Shown here: one piece after another, positions 28,590 to 37,898 of the stretch
Position numbering within the stretch: position 1 is the stretch's first letter
How the letters are laid out: every line of letters starts with the position of its first letter
Virus record (IMG/VR): IMGVR_UViG_3300042397_000683
Coordinates: 1-62,424 of that record
Source of the DNA: a virus
Taxonomy: Duplodnaviria > Caudoviricetes
Reading direction: 5' to 3' (one strand)
DNA: 62,424 bases
Notes under the pieces: generated by a model
The model's input: the letters and a program-made list of their open reading frames with translations, nothing else
The model's database searches: none
Told to the model about the DNA's origin: nothing
Position numbers and translations under genes: made by a program

Positions 28590-30011
28590 TTAAAATGGGG
28601 CTATAATGTCATCAAATTGTGGCTTCATCCTATCTAGCTCTGTGTCCTTGTACAGGATTTCAGGCTGAGTAAAACGATAAAGCTCTTCCTCACTATCAAC
28701 AATGCGATTCGTTTTTACGTCGCAATACCTATCAATATCTCCAACTGCACCGTCCCTATTCTTTAATAGAACATAGGTTAGCTTGTTGTCCATTGGTTGC
28801 GGAGGCGTATTGTTTGCTTTCGCATCAGTATACTTGTAGTAGTCATCTCGGTATAAACCGATGACCAGAATTGCATCCTGTTCAATGTTACCTGATGAAC
28901 GCAAATCAGATAGCTGTGGCAATCTATTGGAGCGCTTCTCAATGTCACGCGACAACTGAGACAGGCAGATAATTGGTATCTTTAATTTCCTAGACAGCTT
29001 TTGTAATTTGTTGCTGACTGACGACACCTGCGCAAAGTCGCTTTGGTCTTTAATCTGTACATCCCTGATTAATTGCATATAATCGATTACTACAAAGTCT
29101 ATCTTATTCTTCTTGCACTCTGCCGACAGCATCAGGCTTAAATAGTTTATGTCTCTGTTGTCTGAATCATAAAAGAATATAGGTAATGTCTTTAAGTCTT
29201 TGGCGTTAGACGCTCGAATCTTTGCTACATCAGCCTTGCTAATCTTATTAGACTTTAAATCAGAATACGCGAACTCGGTAATTTCCGATGATATGTATCT
29301 GTAAATCAAAGACTCCTTTGGCATCTCTAAGCTAAGAAACAGGACTCTTTTGCCAGCTTTGGCTCCTGATTTAGCGTGCTCTAATCCTGCAATAGTTTTA
29401 CCCATACCTGGCCTAGCCGCAATAACAGTCATTCCTTCCTGCCAGCCTCCTGTCATATAATTCAAGGTGCGAGAGCCTGTATCAATGCCTGAAATCTTAA
29501 ACACGCCAGCCATTTCATCCATCTTGTCCACCACTTTATCGTAGATTTCAGATAGAGAGAACACCTCTGAGGAGGCGGACGACGTTGTGACTTCTTCTAA
29601 CTTATTCTCGATTAACGAGACAATAGTAGATACATCATCATTAGACTCCATTGCAAAACTAACCTTAGCAGATAGGTCGTTAATAATTCGCTTGTTCTCT
29701 AACTCTTTTAGCTCTAAGCAAGCAGTCATTAAGTCGAAAACTCTGTTGGGGTGCATCTTCAGCACCTTCTCTACTGCTAACTTCGAACGCGTCTTTTCGC
29801 TTTTAAGCGTTCTAAATACATCGTAACGAGTAAAGACACTATTGTACGAATTCAACTCAACCATAGCCAAGAAAACACGCTTCATCAAAGGGTTAGCAAA
29901 GGAGTCTTCTCCCAGTATCTTAGATACCTCTGCTGTTAAGTGTGAATTATCTAATAGATATCCAATAACATCTTCTTCTAATAGGTCATCTAGTAATTTG
30001 CTCTTTACCAT
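28590..30011 (-). CDS. dnaB: Replicative DNA helicase, DnaB family
   Basis: Walker A 'AARPGMGKT', 'FLSLEM', 'VIDYMQL', 'LSQLSR', 'SDLRSSGNIEQDA', 'KNRDG'. Confidence 0.95.
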   Translation of the reverse strand: MVKSKLLDDLLEEDVIGYLLDNSHLTAEVSKILGEDSFANPLMKRVFLAMVELNSYNSVFTRYDVFRTLKSEKTRSKLAVEKVLKMHPNRVFDLMTACLELKELENKRIINDLSAKVSFAMESNDDVSTIVSLIENKLEEVTTSSASSEVFSLSEIYDKVVDKMDEMAGVFKISGIDTGSRTLNYMTGGWQEGMTVIAARPGMGKTIAGLEHAKSGAKAGKRVLFLSLEMPKESLIYRYISSEITEFAYSDLKSNKISKADVAKIRASNAKDLKTLPIFFYDSDNRDINYLSLMLSAECKKNKIDFVVIDYMQLIRDVQIKDQSDFAQVSSVSNKLQKLSRKLKIPIICLSQLSRDIEKRSNRLPQLSDLRSSGNIEQDAILVIGLYRDDYYKYTDAKANNTPPQPMDNKLTYVLLKNRDGAVGDIDRYCDVKTNRIVDSEEELYRFTQPEILYKDTELDRMKPQFDDIIAPF

Positions 30012-30715
30012 CCTTCGGGTATTTTAACTTTAAATGGGTTGTCTTCACTTGCCAGTATTGTTGGCTTCCTTACTTCTAGCTCATCGTTCCAGCATTCTCC
30101 GTTAAGGTAGGTAGTTGGCATTTTACGATACATCTTATCGGGATGAGCTAATACGTATGCATCTATGGTTTCTAATATCTTCTTCTTATCATCTTCCTTT
30201 AAGGTTCTCCATTTAACGAGAGCTTTCTTATGGTCTGTCTTCTTATCGTACTTGTTCCAAAATTCTTCAAACCCTTCGTCTTTATTTATAGTATTATTAA
30301 TATCTGTTTTATTGATATCAGTATTATTAATCAAAGCGGGTTTTCTTACGGTCTGTTTTCTGACTGTCTGATTCCTGATAGTCTGATTTCCTACTTTCAG
30401 GTCTTCGCCTACCTCTATCACTCTAAGTGATATCCTATGACTCCAGCCTACAAAACCTCCGTTCTCGTATATCCTTGTTGAAACGATATAGCCCTTCTCT
30501 CTAAGGTTTGCCCAGACTCGCTTGATTGTAGAGATTGACTCTCCTGTTAAATCAGGCAAGAACTTAGTGTAAATCTTAAAGTCATCAGGCTTCGAGTATA
30601 AAAACGCTAGCAACCCTCTCTCCTCCAATGTCAACTCTTTGCATTGCACAAAGTCGTTGGGCAGGATTGTGAAATTGCCTACTACGCTCTCACGAATAAT
30701 TTCTCCAGCATTCAT
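30005..30715 (-). CDS. Phage replication initiator (lambda O / replisome-organiser-like)
   Basis: N-terminal wHTH 'NFTILPND...LT...GLL.FL.SKPDD'; C-terminal 'FEEFWNKY.KK...P.TYLN...WNDE'; internal iterons; adjacent to dnaB. Confidence 0.85.
   Translation of the reverse strand: MNAGEIIRESVVGNFTILPNDFVQCKELTLEERGLLAFLYSKPDDFKIYTKFLPDLTGESISTIKRVWANLREKGYIVSTRIYENGGFVGWSHRISLRVIEVGEDLKVGNQTIRNQTVRKQTVRKPALINNTDINKTDINNTINKDEGFEEFWNKYDKKTDHKKALVKWRTLKEDDKKKILETIDAYVLAHPDKMYRKMPTTYLNGECWNDELEVRKPTILASEDNPFKVKIPEGW
30281..30400 (-). repeat. Putative replication origin: four 15-bp iterons plus AT-rich tract inside the initiator gene
   Basis: Minus strand CTGAAAGTAGGAAAT/CAGACTATCAGGAAT/CAGACAGTCAGAAAA/CAGACCGTAAGAAAA, then CCCGCTTTGAT and TAATAATACT repeats. 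Confidence 0.75.
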
Positions 30716-30909
30716 CTTAATTGCTTTAATTTGCCCAGCAGGTGGGCCTTCTCCTTGTTCAATTCTTCTACTTTGTTGATTAGAATATCGAACGCTTGCA
30801 TTTCATATGTTGCATACCCTAACGCAGTAGTGTACTGCTCTAAATCAGCCTCAATATGAGCCAATTTAACGTTACAGATAGCTGTGTCGCACATTAATTG
30901 TAAATTCAT
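30712..30909 (-). CDS. Hypothetical coiled-coil protein
   Basis: ATG 30909; overlaps the initiator start. Confidence 0.55.
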   Translation of the reverse strand: MNLQLMCDTAICNVKLAHIEADLEQYTTALGYATYEMQAFDILINKVEELNKEKAHLLGKLKQLR

Positions 30910-30915
30910 AACAGA

Positions 30916-31023
30916 CAAAAAAGCCCAAGACGATATGGGGGTATCAATCTTGGGCTCAGGCTATAAAACCTTTGTATAGAATCACATCCCCCAATGCAAT
31001 TCTTTACTAACAATGCAAATATA
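30916..31023 (-). promoter_or_regulatory. Promoter plus structured attenuator-like leader of the replication operon
   Basis: TATATTTG at 31016-31023; hairpin AGCCCAAGA...TCTTGGGCT followed by TTTTT just before the first ATG. Confidence 0.6.
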
Positions 31024-31025
31024 GA

Positions 31026-31337
31026 TTATTTTTCTGTACCTTTTACAGGAACTAGATATTTTATATTTGCAATAGGGATGCCCAGCGTTAGCGTTGGCTC
31101 ATCTTCCCTAAAAAACACTAGCGTACGTTCTGTTGCAAACCAAAACATTCCAAAGTCGCAAATCTCTTCATTTCGAAGCCTGTATTCATAATAATACTTC
31201 TGCCCCTCGATTAAATTATCTGCATCTCCTACGTTTTGGTTATAAACGGGAGCAAAAATATGCTTCTTGTCTCCCGATTTTGAAATGTAGCTACGTTCTA
31301 CCACTCTGCCAGTTTTTGGCTCTATTAAGTTACTCAT
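31026..31337 (-). CDS. Hypothetical protein
   Basis: Operon-packed ORF. Confidence 0.6.
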   Translation of the reverse strand: MSNLIEPKTGRVVERSYISKSGDKKHIFAPVYNQNVGDADNLIEGQKYYYEYRLRNEEICDFGMFWFATERTLVFFREDEPTLTLGIPIANIKYLVPVKGTEK

Positions 31338-31491
31338 ATCTCTGTCTTAGTCTTTTAATTTCTTCTTCGTGCTCACGAATTATTTGCTTTGCAATATCAT
31401 TGTCATCATTGTGCATCTTTAGGCACAATATTGATATAACAGTTAATACTGCCATAAAGAATGAGGTAATAATAATTGCTCCTACGTTCAT
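31330..31491 (-). CDS. Small membrane protein (53 aa, not in ORF track)
   Basis: MNVGAIIITSFFMAVLTVISILCLKMHNDD...; overlaps both neighbours. Confidence 0.55.
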   Translation of the reverse strand: MNVGAIIITSFFMAVLTVISILCLKMHNDDNDIAKQIIREHEEEIKRLRQRYE

Positions 31492-31727
31492 ACGACTTCG
31501 CATTTAGATTGTATATGGCCTATAATATCCCGAGGGGCGTCATCTCCAATAAGCAACCCCTCTAATTGCTTTTTGATATGGTAGTAGTTAATTATGGAGC
31601 GCAAGAATTTGGTACGCTCCAGTAACTCTCCTTGATGAAAGAAACTAAGTACTACCCAGTCTCTACTTACGGTTACTCCGATGTCTGTAATTAAATCAGA
31701 ATCGTCTTCTACTTCGAAAATTGTCAT
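31488..31727 (-). CDS. Hypothetical protein
   Basis: Operon-packed ORF. Confidence 0.55.
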   Translation of the reverse strand: MTIFEVEDDSDLITDIGVTVSRDWVVLSFFHQGELLERTKFLRSIINYYHIKKQLEGLLIGDDAPRDIIGHIQSKCEVV

Positions 31728-31731
31728 AGCT

Positions 31732-31995
31732 TTAATCTTTAAGCTTTAATGTTATTTTAGTCGGGAACGCGCCTTGCGTTACCCCGTTGTCTTCGGCACT
31801 AAAAACCTCAGCAGTAAACTCTCCGTCATAGTCAAAGTGTATATCGAATACATCTTCTCCCATTGAGAATGTCGCCCAGAAATCTGGCAACGTGTAATCT
31901 ACCTCCGTTTCATACGTGTCTTTTCCAATCTTAGCTCTAATGCTAGCTACGTAGGTAAATGGATTTACATCTACGTAAAATTTAGTTATCGCCAT
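31732..31995 (-). CDS. Hypothetical acidic protein
   Basis: Operon-packed ORF. Confidence 0.6.
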   Translation of the reverse strand: MAITKFYVDVNPFTYVASIRAKIGKDTYETEVDYTLPDFWATFSMGEDVFDIHFDYDGEFTAEVFSAEDNGVTQGAFPTKITLKLKD

Positions 31996-32584
31996 CTTTT
32001 ACCTTAATGCTTAATTCATCAAATAAATCATACACCGTATCAAAGCTGTACTTACTAGATAAATCGTGCCAGTATTTAGTACCCTGCTTGGTTTCCCTAA
32101 ATAAGAACGCGCTACCGATAAACTGCTTAAAGGAAACGTATGAGCCTGAAAGGTATCCATTTAAGTCTTCCCTCTGAGCATCAAACTCATCGTGAAAATT
32201 ACTGCGCTCTTCTCTGTTCATTAAAGCATAAAGCTCGTCCCCAGGAATTCGCTCAGCATCTTCTTCGTTGTTAAGAGAAAGCACTTCTTCTAGCGCCTTT
32301 TGTACTGCTTTTGATACAGCATAGGCAATCGACTGAGCTTTTGCTGTATTGACGTCAATGCCGTCCCTACAAGCGTCTCCAATATTATCCCAATAATCCT
32401 CGCCCATAATTGAACGCTCTGCCTCAAAGGCATTGAAGATAAACATATAGAATGAGGGGTATTCCTTTTCTAGGTATGATTCGTAAGAACAAGTTCCTCC
32501 GTTTTCAATTTCTGCTTTGAAATTAGCCAATTCCTCTTCTGTTAAGTACTTGGACATATGATGCCCGCTATATAGAGTATTCAT
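31982..32584 (-). CDS. Protein with two copies of an 'F..FI..AF....T.QG..YW' domain
   Basis: Internal duplication; the same domain occurs at the amidoligase N-terminus. Confidence 0.65.
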   Translation of the reverse strand: MNTLYSGHHMSKYLTEEELANFKAEIENGGTCSYESYLEKEYPSFYMFIFNAFEAERSIMGEDYWDNIGDACRDGIDVNTAKAQSIAYAVSKAVQKALEEVLSLNNEEDAERIPGDELYALMNREERSNFHDEFDAQREDLNGYLSGSYVSFKQFIGSAFLFRETKQGTKYWHDLSSKYSFDTVYDLFDELSIKVKDGDN

Positions 32585-32675
32585 TTCTATTGGATTAAAT
32601 GTTTATAGATTTGATTTGCCACCGCAACAAGCATTAGCAATGCTGCAAACGTGAGTATCAATTTCAGCGCTTTCA

Positions 32676-33116
32676 TTACTCTTCTCCAATAGGATTTCTA
32701 CGAGTAAACTTCAGCACCTCATTGCCATTGTAATCTACCTTCTCAATTTCGAAAATGTAATTCTCGTTCTCAAAATTGTATCCTAACTGGCTGAATGTAT
32801 CAGGAGTCTTGATAGCAAAGTATCCGATACCTGACTTAACAAATCGCGTAGAGCCAGTTGCTCCAGCAGGAGTGATAACACCATAGAATACGTTGTTGTC
32901 AGGCTGTACCGCATCGACAGCGATGGATAAGCCCTTTGAGCTACTGATTTCAAAGTCATCGATAAATAGCTTAGAAAAACCTAATCGACCTGTTTTTCTT
33001 AATTGAGCCGTTAAGCGTGCTTGCTTCTTGAAGCTTTTCTTAGTTTGCTTCTTTTTCTTCTCGTTAAAAATAAAACGTAATAACATAGTAATTGCTTGGT
33101 TGACCTTGTACACCAT
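32676..33116 (-). CDS. Hypothetical protein
   Basis: ATG 33116 lies downstream of the promoter and an AACCAACAACCAAAAA leader (ORF-track start 33191 overlaps the promoter). Confidence 0.6.
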   Translation of the reverse strand: MVYKVNQAITMLLRFIFNEKKKKQTKKSFKKQARLTAQLRKTGRLGFSKLFIDDFEISSSKGLSIAVDAVQPDNNVFYGVITPAGATGSTRFVKSGIGYFAIKTPDTFSQLGYNFENENYIFEIEKVDYNGNEVLKFTRRNPIGEE

Positions 33117-33188
33117 AAGGTTTTTGGTTGTTGGTTGTAAAAATGAGTTTTCCCTTTTCATAAAAATCGGTTTTCCCTTTTGTTGAAA

Positions 33189-33220
33189 CAAAGGTAAACC
33201 AAATGATTAATATATGTCAA
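33189..33220 (-). promoter_or_regulatory. Bacteroidota promoter for middle genes
   Basis: TTG N21 TACCTTTG on the minus strand. Confidence 0.7.
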
Positions 33221-33362
33221 TAGGTAAGGTAAAAGTTCTTTATAAAATACAACGCTTTCTTAGAATCACGCATATTTATTTTTAACATATTGCTTTACAG
33301 GCACATACGGGGATGTATACAAGCTGGGATAAAACTTAATCATTAAGCCTAAACTCTACAAA

Positions 33363-33403
33363 AAAATCACTATCAACTTTCTATATAAAATCACTATCAA
33401 CTT
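33363..33403. repeat. Tandem 17-bp direct repeat AAAATCACTATCAACTT x2
   Basis: Copies at 33363-33379 and 33387-33403. Confidence 0.85.
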
Positions 33404-33466
33404 AATTATAATAATAATAAGATAGCCCGCGCGCGCGACCCCCGAATTAACAGAACAGCCCGCCCC

Positions 33467-33515
33467 AAAAACAGAACAGCCCCCGCAAATGCTGTTAAAC
33501 ATCCGCGGAGGCTGT
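33467..33515 (-). terminator. Long-stem terminator ending the early operon
   Basis: Minus strand ACAGCCTCCGCGGATGTT-TAAC-AGCATTTGCGGGGGCTGT then TCTGTTTTT. Confidence 0.7.
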
Positions 33516-33544
33516 AAACTCCTGCAATAAACTAGGCTAAACGC

Positions 33545-34474
33545 CTATGCGCTGTATCCTAGCACGTTCTCCAAATGCCCCATTTCCTGAAATTCCGCAT
33601 CGGTTAAATCATTAAATGGGCGCGTAACAAGGTCGTTATATCGATGCTCGTTAACTAAGTCCTGCAAAGCGTAATACTCGCTTTTCTCGCTTGCGCTTAA
33701 CATTATAGCGGGCTTTTCATCTAATTCCTTGAAACGCGCTTGGGCTGTCTCAATGGGTAGGCTCGCGTAGCTTTCGTAGTAATTAGATTCTGTTTCCCAA
33801 TCCTTTCCGTAGTACGCTTCATCATCCCAATTTCCGTAGTATCCTCCCCAATCATAAGAGCTCCCAGGTTTAGACCCTTTGTCATCCTTCCAAACCTTAA
33901 CGCCTCCGCGGTCGTAATATAAACTAGGCTTATACGTGGTATTACTAAACCAACAATTTGCGTATTTTTCATCCTCCTTACCTAAATCCTCGTTTACTAT
34001 ATAGGCCTCATTCTTGGCGTTTAAAAAGACTAATTTACTGCTCCCTATATATTCCTCAATTAACGACATTATCGCGCTGTTACGCTCAAAGGAAACGGGT
34101 AGTTTCTGCAAGATACGCTCATTAAATAAATTAGTATCTGATTTCTTAGGATGTATCCCGTTTAACTCTGATATAATCCCGTTGTGGACAAATGCTAGAT
34201 TTTTATCTACGTTAAACGGGTGGCAATTATCCACGTTAATCCCTCCGCTTGTACCGATACGGAAATGAAGCACTATTTTAGACTTCGGGTATCTCCTGCG
34301 AACGTCTATATAATGATTGTAAAATTTATCCACGCTTTGCAATTCCTTGAACGTGTAAAGCGTTCCCGCGTTTGTGTAAATTAATCCCGCCCCGTCGCTG
34401 TTGTTGTCCCAACAATTAACAATTAAAGACTTTGGAAATGTTACGTTTGGTGTGTTTAAAATAGCTATGCACAT
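33545..34474 (-). CDS. Class II (Ntn) glutamine amidotransferase
   Basis: N-terminal Cys2, 'NSDGAG', 'HFRIGTSG', 'CHPF', 'HNGII', 'SDT'. Confidence 0.9.
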   Translation of the reverse strand: MCIAILNTPNVTFPKSLIVNCWDNNSDGAGLIYTNAGTLYTFKELQSVDKFYNHYIDVRRRYPKSKIVLHFRIGTSGGINVDNCHPFNVDKNLAFVHNGIISELNGIHPKKSDTNLFNERILQKLPVSFERNSAIMSLIEEYIGSSKLVFLNAKNEAYIVNEDLGKEDEKYANCWFSNTTYKPSLYYDRGGVKVWKDDKGSKPGSSYDWGGYYGNWDDEAYYGKDWETESNYYESYASLPIETAQARFKELDEKPAIMLSASEKSEYYALQDLVNEHRYNDLVTRPFNDLTDAEFQEMGHLENVLGYSA

Positions 34475-34516
34475 AATATATTTATTTTTATTGTTTGAAT
34501 AAGTTTTTAAAAAAAA

Positions 34517-36532
34517 TTAATTAATTGATTCGGCAAACGCGCTTAACTCCTTCGCAAGCGCCTCCATTTTCTTGGCATCCGCTTTGTTTAGTCTGCTTAC
34601 CTTTTTATTAATGGCGCGGACATCGGCGCGCATATCGACATTAAAGTAATTAGAATCGAATTTCTTCGCGTACTCTAAGGCCTTTTGCGCTTTGCGATAA
34701 ATTGCACCGCGGGAAAAGATTTTAGCGAAATGCTTGTGTAATTCTGTTCGGGAATTTGTTAGGGTCTTGATAACTTCTAACGGGTTTGCGCTTGGATTCT
34801 TCGCCATTATTCGAATTAAATCTACGCGCCATTCCATTACCTGCAAATTCTTAACAGCGGGAAAAATTCTAAATTCAATACGCCCGCGCATTACCTTTAC
34901 CGCTTGGTATTTATTATCGCTACGTTTCATTTCTTCCTTTTCTTTTACCTCGCAGAATGATTTATTGATTCGGTGCTCGTAGATAGAATATAAAATAGGC
35001 AAATACCCGCAAATACTTTCAAGCAAATCGCTCCCCATTGTTTCCGCTTTGGAAAAATGAACGTGGCCACCGCAAGCGCTGGACACAGCCCCGTTAATCA
35101 ATTTCGGGTACGCCTCTTCTATCTTTGTAGCGTCTTCCATTAACTTGGAGCTAAAAAGGTCGTATTGAGGCGTAACAAGTTCGAAGCCTATTTCGTCATC
35201 TAGCGAGCCGTCGCGCTCTTTAACCCAACCGAAGCGGGAGCGGATATGGTAATGAGAATGGGCGCACCCGTCCTCGCATTCCTTTTCTATTTCAAACCCT
35301 ACTTTGTATTCACTTCCCTCGGAATAGTCGTAATGCTCACAAGAATGATACCCAAACCGCGGATTATTACTATCGTTTTCGTCCTCTTCTTCATCGTAGC
35401 TATGGTCGTGCTCACCTCCGCAGTTTTCCGCGTCGTACCATTCGGAGCAATCCGAACAATAATACCAATTACAATAATTTGCGGAATCAGTATTTAAAAA
35501 TGTTCCGTCATCTGTATAGACTAAGCCGACCCATTGACGGTTTCCTCCTAATCGTATTTCACGCGCGTTCTCTATAAATTGTTCACTAAAATAAAATGTG
35601 CCGTGTATCCCGCAATTAATAGCTACCGCGTCATCTACTATTTCATCGTTATAATCGTAAGCATATACGCCACTAAAATCACTAGGGTCAAATTCTTCGC
35701 CCTCTATTACTTTTATAATTGTAGAGTCGTTCGCGGTATAATCGTAAACGCTAGATAAAGGCGTAAACCCTTTTAAGTCTTGCGGTATCATCTCGAACTT
35801 TACCCCCTCTTCTTTGTAATGAACAAACGCGGGGCGAAGTCCTGCAATATCCGCGCATCTAGTTAATTTACCTTCGTGCATTGTATAACCCGAACTATTC
35901 GCCGCTCTGCCATTAGGCCAAAAATTATGCCCTGCCGTTGGGTCGTATTCTTGCGCATCTTCGGGAATGGCTACAAAAAAATCCCTTATTACTCCTTCCC
36001 ATATGTAGCGCGTTTCCACGTTGTAATGCCTTCCCGAATGAGCTCCGCCCGCAAAGTGTGCAATGTTTACTACATCCGATTTTAGGGCGTATTCGTAGCC
36101 GTAAAAATCTGCCGTTAGTCTTACGTTTCCTATTTTTTTAAAAAGCCCCGTTTCGATATCTTCCTGCAATAAATACAGCCTTTCGCTCTCGTCAACTGCT
36201 CCGCCTTGCTTTCTAAGCCTTCCTATAATTTTACTCAAATCATCTATTCGCAGATATTCATCTGTTGCGCTCCATCGCAATGGCCTAAAGTCCCAAGGCG
36301 TTACCCTATAATACTTATTCGGTAGTCCTTCCCAATATTGTTGCCCCTGCGGGGTTTCGCTCCACCTAAATACGGTATCAATAAAATCCGCAAAAGAATC
36401 GTAATTTCTGTCACGCTCTAAATTCTGTTCTAACGTGTATCCCGTTCGGTTGCCTTGGCTATCCATAGCGCGGATAAATTCCGTCATTTCATTAGGGGAT
36501 AAATAGCTAAAATAATGCTTAAAAGTGTTCAT
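34517..36532 (-). CDS. Putative amidoligase (COOH-NH2 ligase superfamily)
   Basis: 'GFEIEKE', 'ERDGSL', 'GFELVTP', 'CGGHVHFS', 'IEFRIF'; paired with the GATase; Cys-rich linker. Confidence 0.85.
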   Translation of the reverse strand: MNTFKHYFSYLSPNEMTEFIRAMDSQGNRTGYTLEQNLERDRNYDSFADFIDTVFRWSETPQGQQYWEGLPNKYYRVTPWDFRPLRWSATDEYLRIDDLSKIIGRLRKQGGAVDESERLYLLQEDIETGLFKKIGNVRLTADFYGYEYALKSDVVNIAHFAGGAHSGRHYNVETRYIWEGVIRDFFVAIPEDAQEYDPTAGHNFWPNGRAANSSGYTMHEGKLTRCADIAGLRPAFVHYKEEGVKFEMIPQDLKGFTPLSSVYDYTANDSTIIKVIEGEEFDPSDFSGVYAYDYNDEIVDDAVAINCGIHGTFYFSEQFIENAREIRLGGNRQWVGLVYTDDGTFLNTDSANYCNWYYCSDCSEWYDAENCGGEHDHSYDEEEDENDSNNPRFGYHSCEHYDYSEGSEYKVGFEIEKECEDGCAHSHYHIRSRFGWVKERDGSLDDEIGFELVTPQYDLFSSKLMEDATKIEEAYPKLINGAVSSACGGHVHFSKAETMGSDLLESICGYLPILYSIYEHRINKSFCEVKEKEEMKRSDNKYQAVKVMRGRIEFRIFPAVKNLQVMEWRVDLIRIMAKNPSANPLEVIKTLTNSRTELHKHFAKIFSRGAIYRKAQKALEYAKKFDSNYFNVDMRADVRAINKKVSRLNKADAKKMEALAKELSAFAESIN

Positions 36533-36544
36533 TTTGTTTTGTGT

Positions 36545-36649
36545 TTAGTTTTGTGATACGTAATCAATAAAATAATCAAATTCGAAAGCTAAGCGCCATT
36601 CGTGCAAGGCTGTTTCATTCTCGAATTGCATTCCGTTGTATGTTATCAT
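36545..36649 (-). CDS. Small hypothetical protein (34 aa, not in ORF track)
   Basis: MITYNGMQFENETALHEWRLAFEFDYFIDYVSQN fills the gap and has an A-rich leader. Confidence 0.4.
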   Translation of the reverse strand: MITYNGMQFENETALHEWRLAFEFDYFIDYVSQN

Positions 36650-36676
36650 TTTGCTTGTGTTTATATAACCGTAAAA

Positions 36677-36865
36677 TTATTTTTCAGGGGTGCAAAGTTC
36701 GGCCGTAATGAAGAACAAAGAAGATAGGCCAAAAAAGATAGCAAGTAAAAGAAAATTAGGCTGGGCGTATTCCGTAGCCTGCGAGCCCATTGCAAACGCA
36801 ACAAGGAAACCAACAAGCGAAACAAATAAGCCTAAGAAGCGGGAATTTTTTTGAATGTTTTTCAT
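36677..36865 (-). CDS. Early small membrane protein (2 TM)
   Basis: Two hydrophobic segments. Confidence 0.65.
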   Translation of the reverse strand: MKNIQKNSRFLGLFVSLVGFLVAFAMGSQATEYAQPNFLLLAIFFGLSSLFFITAELCTPEK

Positions 36866-36898
36866 AATAAAGGATTGTTTAAAAATGGATAAATGGAT

Positions 36899-37198
36899 TT
36901 ATTTAGATAATTCAATAATACGTTTTAAAATGACTCTTTTGTCAGTAAACAAGCCGAAGCCGTAAGCGTCATAAATTACTTTTAGGTTTTGATTTACCTG
37001 CCTTTCATATTCGAGAGCGCAAATAAACAGCCATAAGCTAAGCGGAAGCAGGGCAAAAGACCAGAGTGCAGAAAGCCCGACTAATGGGGCTGTAAATGGG
37101 AGCGAAAGCCCTGCAATAAGGCAAGCACCTGCAAGCACATCTAATGCCCTTGCTTTGTTGTACGCTTTACGCGTTTGGATAAAAAAGGATTTTTTCAT
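36899..37198 (-). CDS. Early small membrane protein (2 TM)
   Basis: Two hydrophobic segments. Confidence 0.65.
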   Translation of the reverse strand: MKKSFFIQTRKAYNKARALDVLAGACLIAGLSLPFTAPLVGLSALWSFALLPLSLWLFICALEYERQVNQNLKVIYDAYGFGLFTDKRVILKRIIELSK

Positions 37199-37226
37199 TT
37201 GGATAAATGTTTAAAAGGTGGATGAA

Positions 37227-37430
37227 TTAAGATTTTGCCCATTTGATAAGCACCATAAAAACGAAAACAATTAAGCAGTAAATCCCGCCTAAATTAAAAT
37301 CGCTTTGAATGCAATAAACCGCCAACAACAGCGGAAGGGAAATAAGTGAATGATAGAAAAGAACGCTAAGAAAAGCGCCTATTTCTTTCAGGTTGTTCCT
37401 GATTATCAGGGAGTTAAGTAAATTTTTCAT
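37227..37430 (-). CDS. Early small membrane protein (2 TM)
   Basis: Two hydrophobic segments; first gene of the minus-strand arm. Confidence 0.65.
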   Translation of the reverse strand: MKNLLNSLIIRNNLKEIGAFLSVLFYHSLISLPLLLAVYCIQSDFNLGGIYCLIVFVFMVLIKWAKS

Positions 37431-37898
37431 ACTAATGGGGGTTTTGTGATGCGCTAAACTAACTATTTATCTGATATTAAACAAATGTTTTAGGGATTAT
37501 TTTTATCCTAGGGTTTCACGTTTGAAGGCTGGATGCGGGGGCGGATAAGTTAGCATTTATAAACCCCGGCGCGCGTTCCCTTTCCTGCCATTCTTCTGTG
37601 GTTTCTTTGCTGTCTGAGGGGCGCAATGGCCTGCGGTGGTATGATTGTGCAGGTATATGCAAGAGCGTGCCTTATTTGGAAACATATAATGCAGGAGCGT
37701 AGTAATGCTAGGCCAAATTTCAGTTTTCGAAATGCTAAATCGGATGCCACCCCGTTCAGGTTACTCGTTTGCCATTTGACTTCGCGACCCCGTCAATCAT
37801 ATATATAACCTGTTCCCAATAACTATACGCTTTCACAAAATAAACCGTGAAAAAAAACGTGAATAAAACGTGAAAGCATTTAGGCGAACTCCTAACTA

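Noticed and set aside
37550-37808. ORFs 37550..37750 (-) and 37626..37808 (+)
   Set aside because: They lie in the divergent control gap, overlap each other and have atypical composition; likely non-coding
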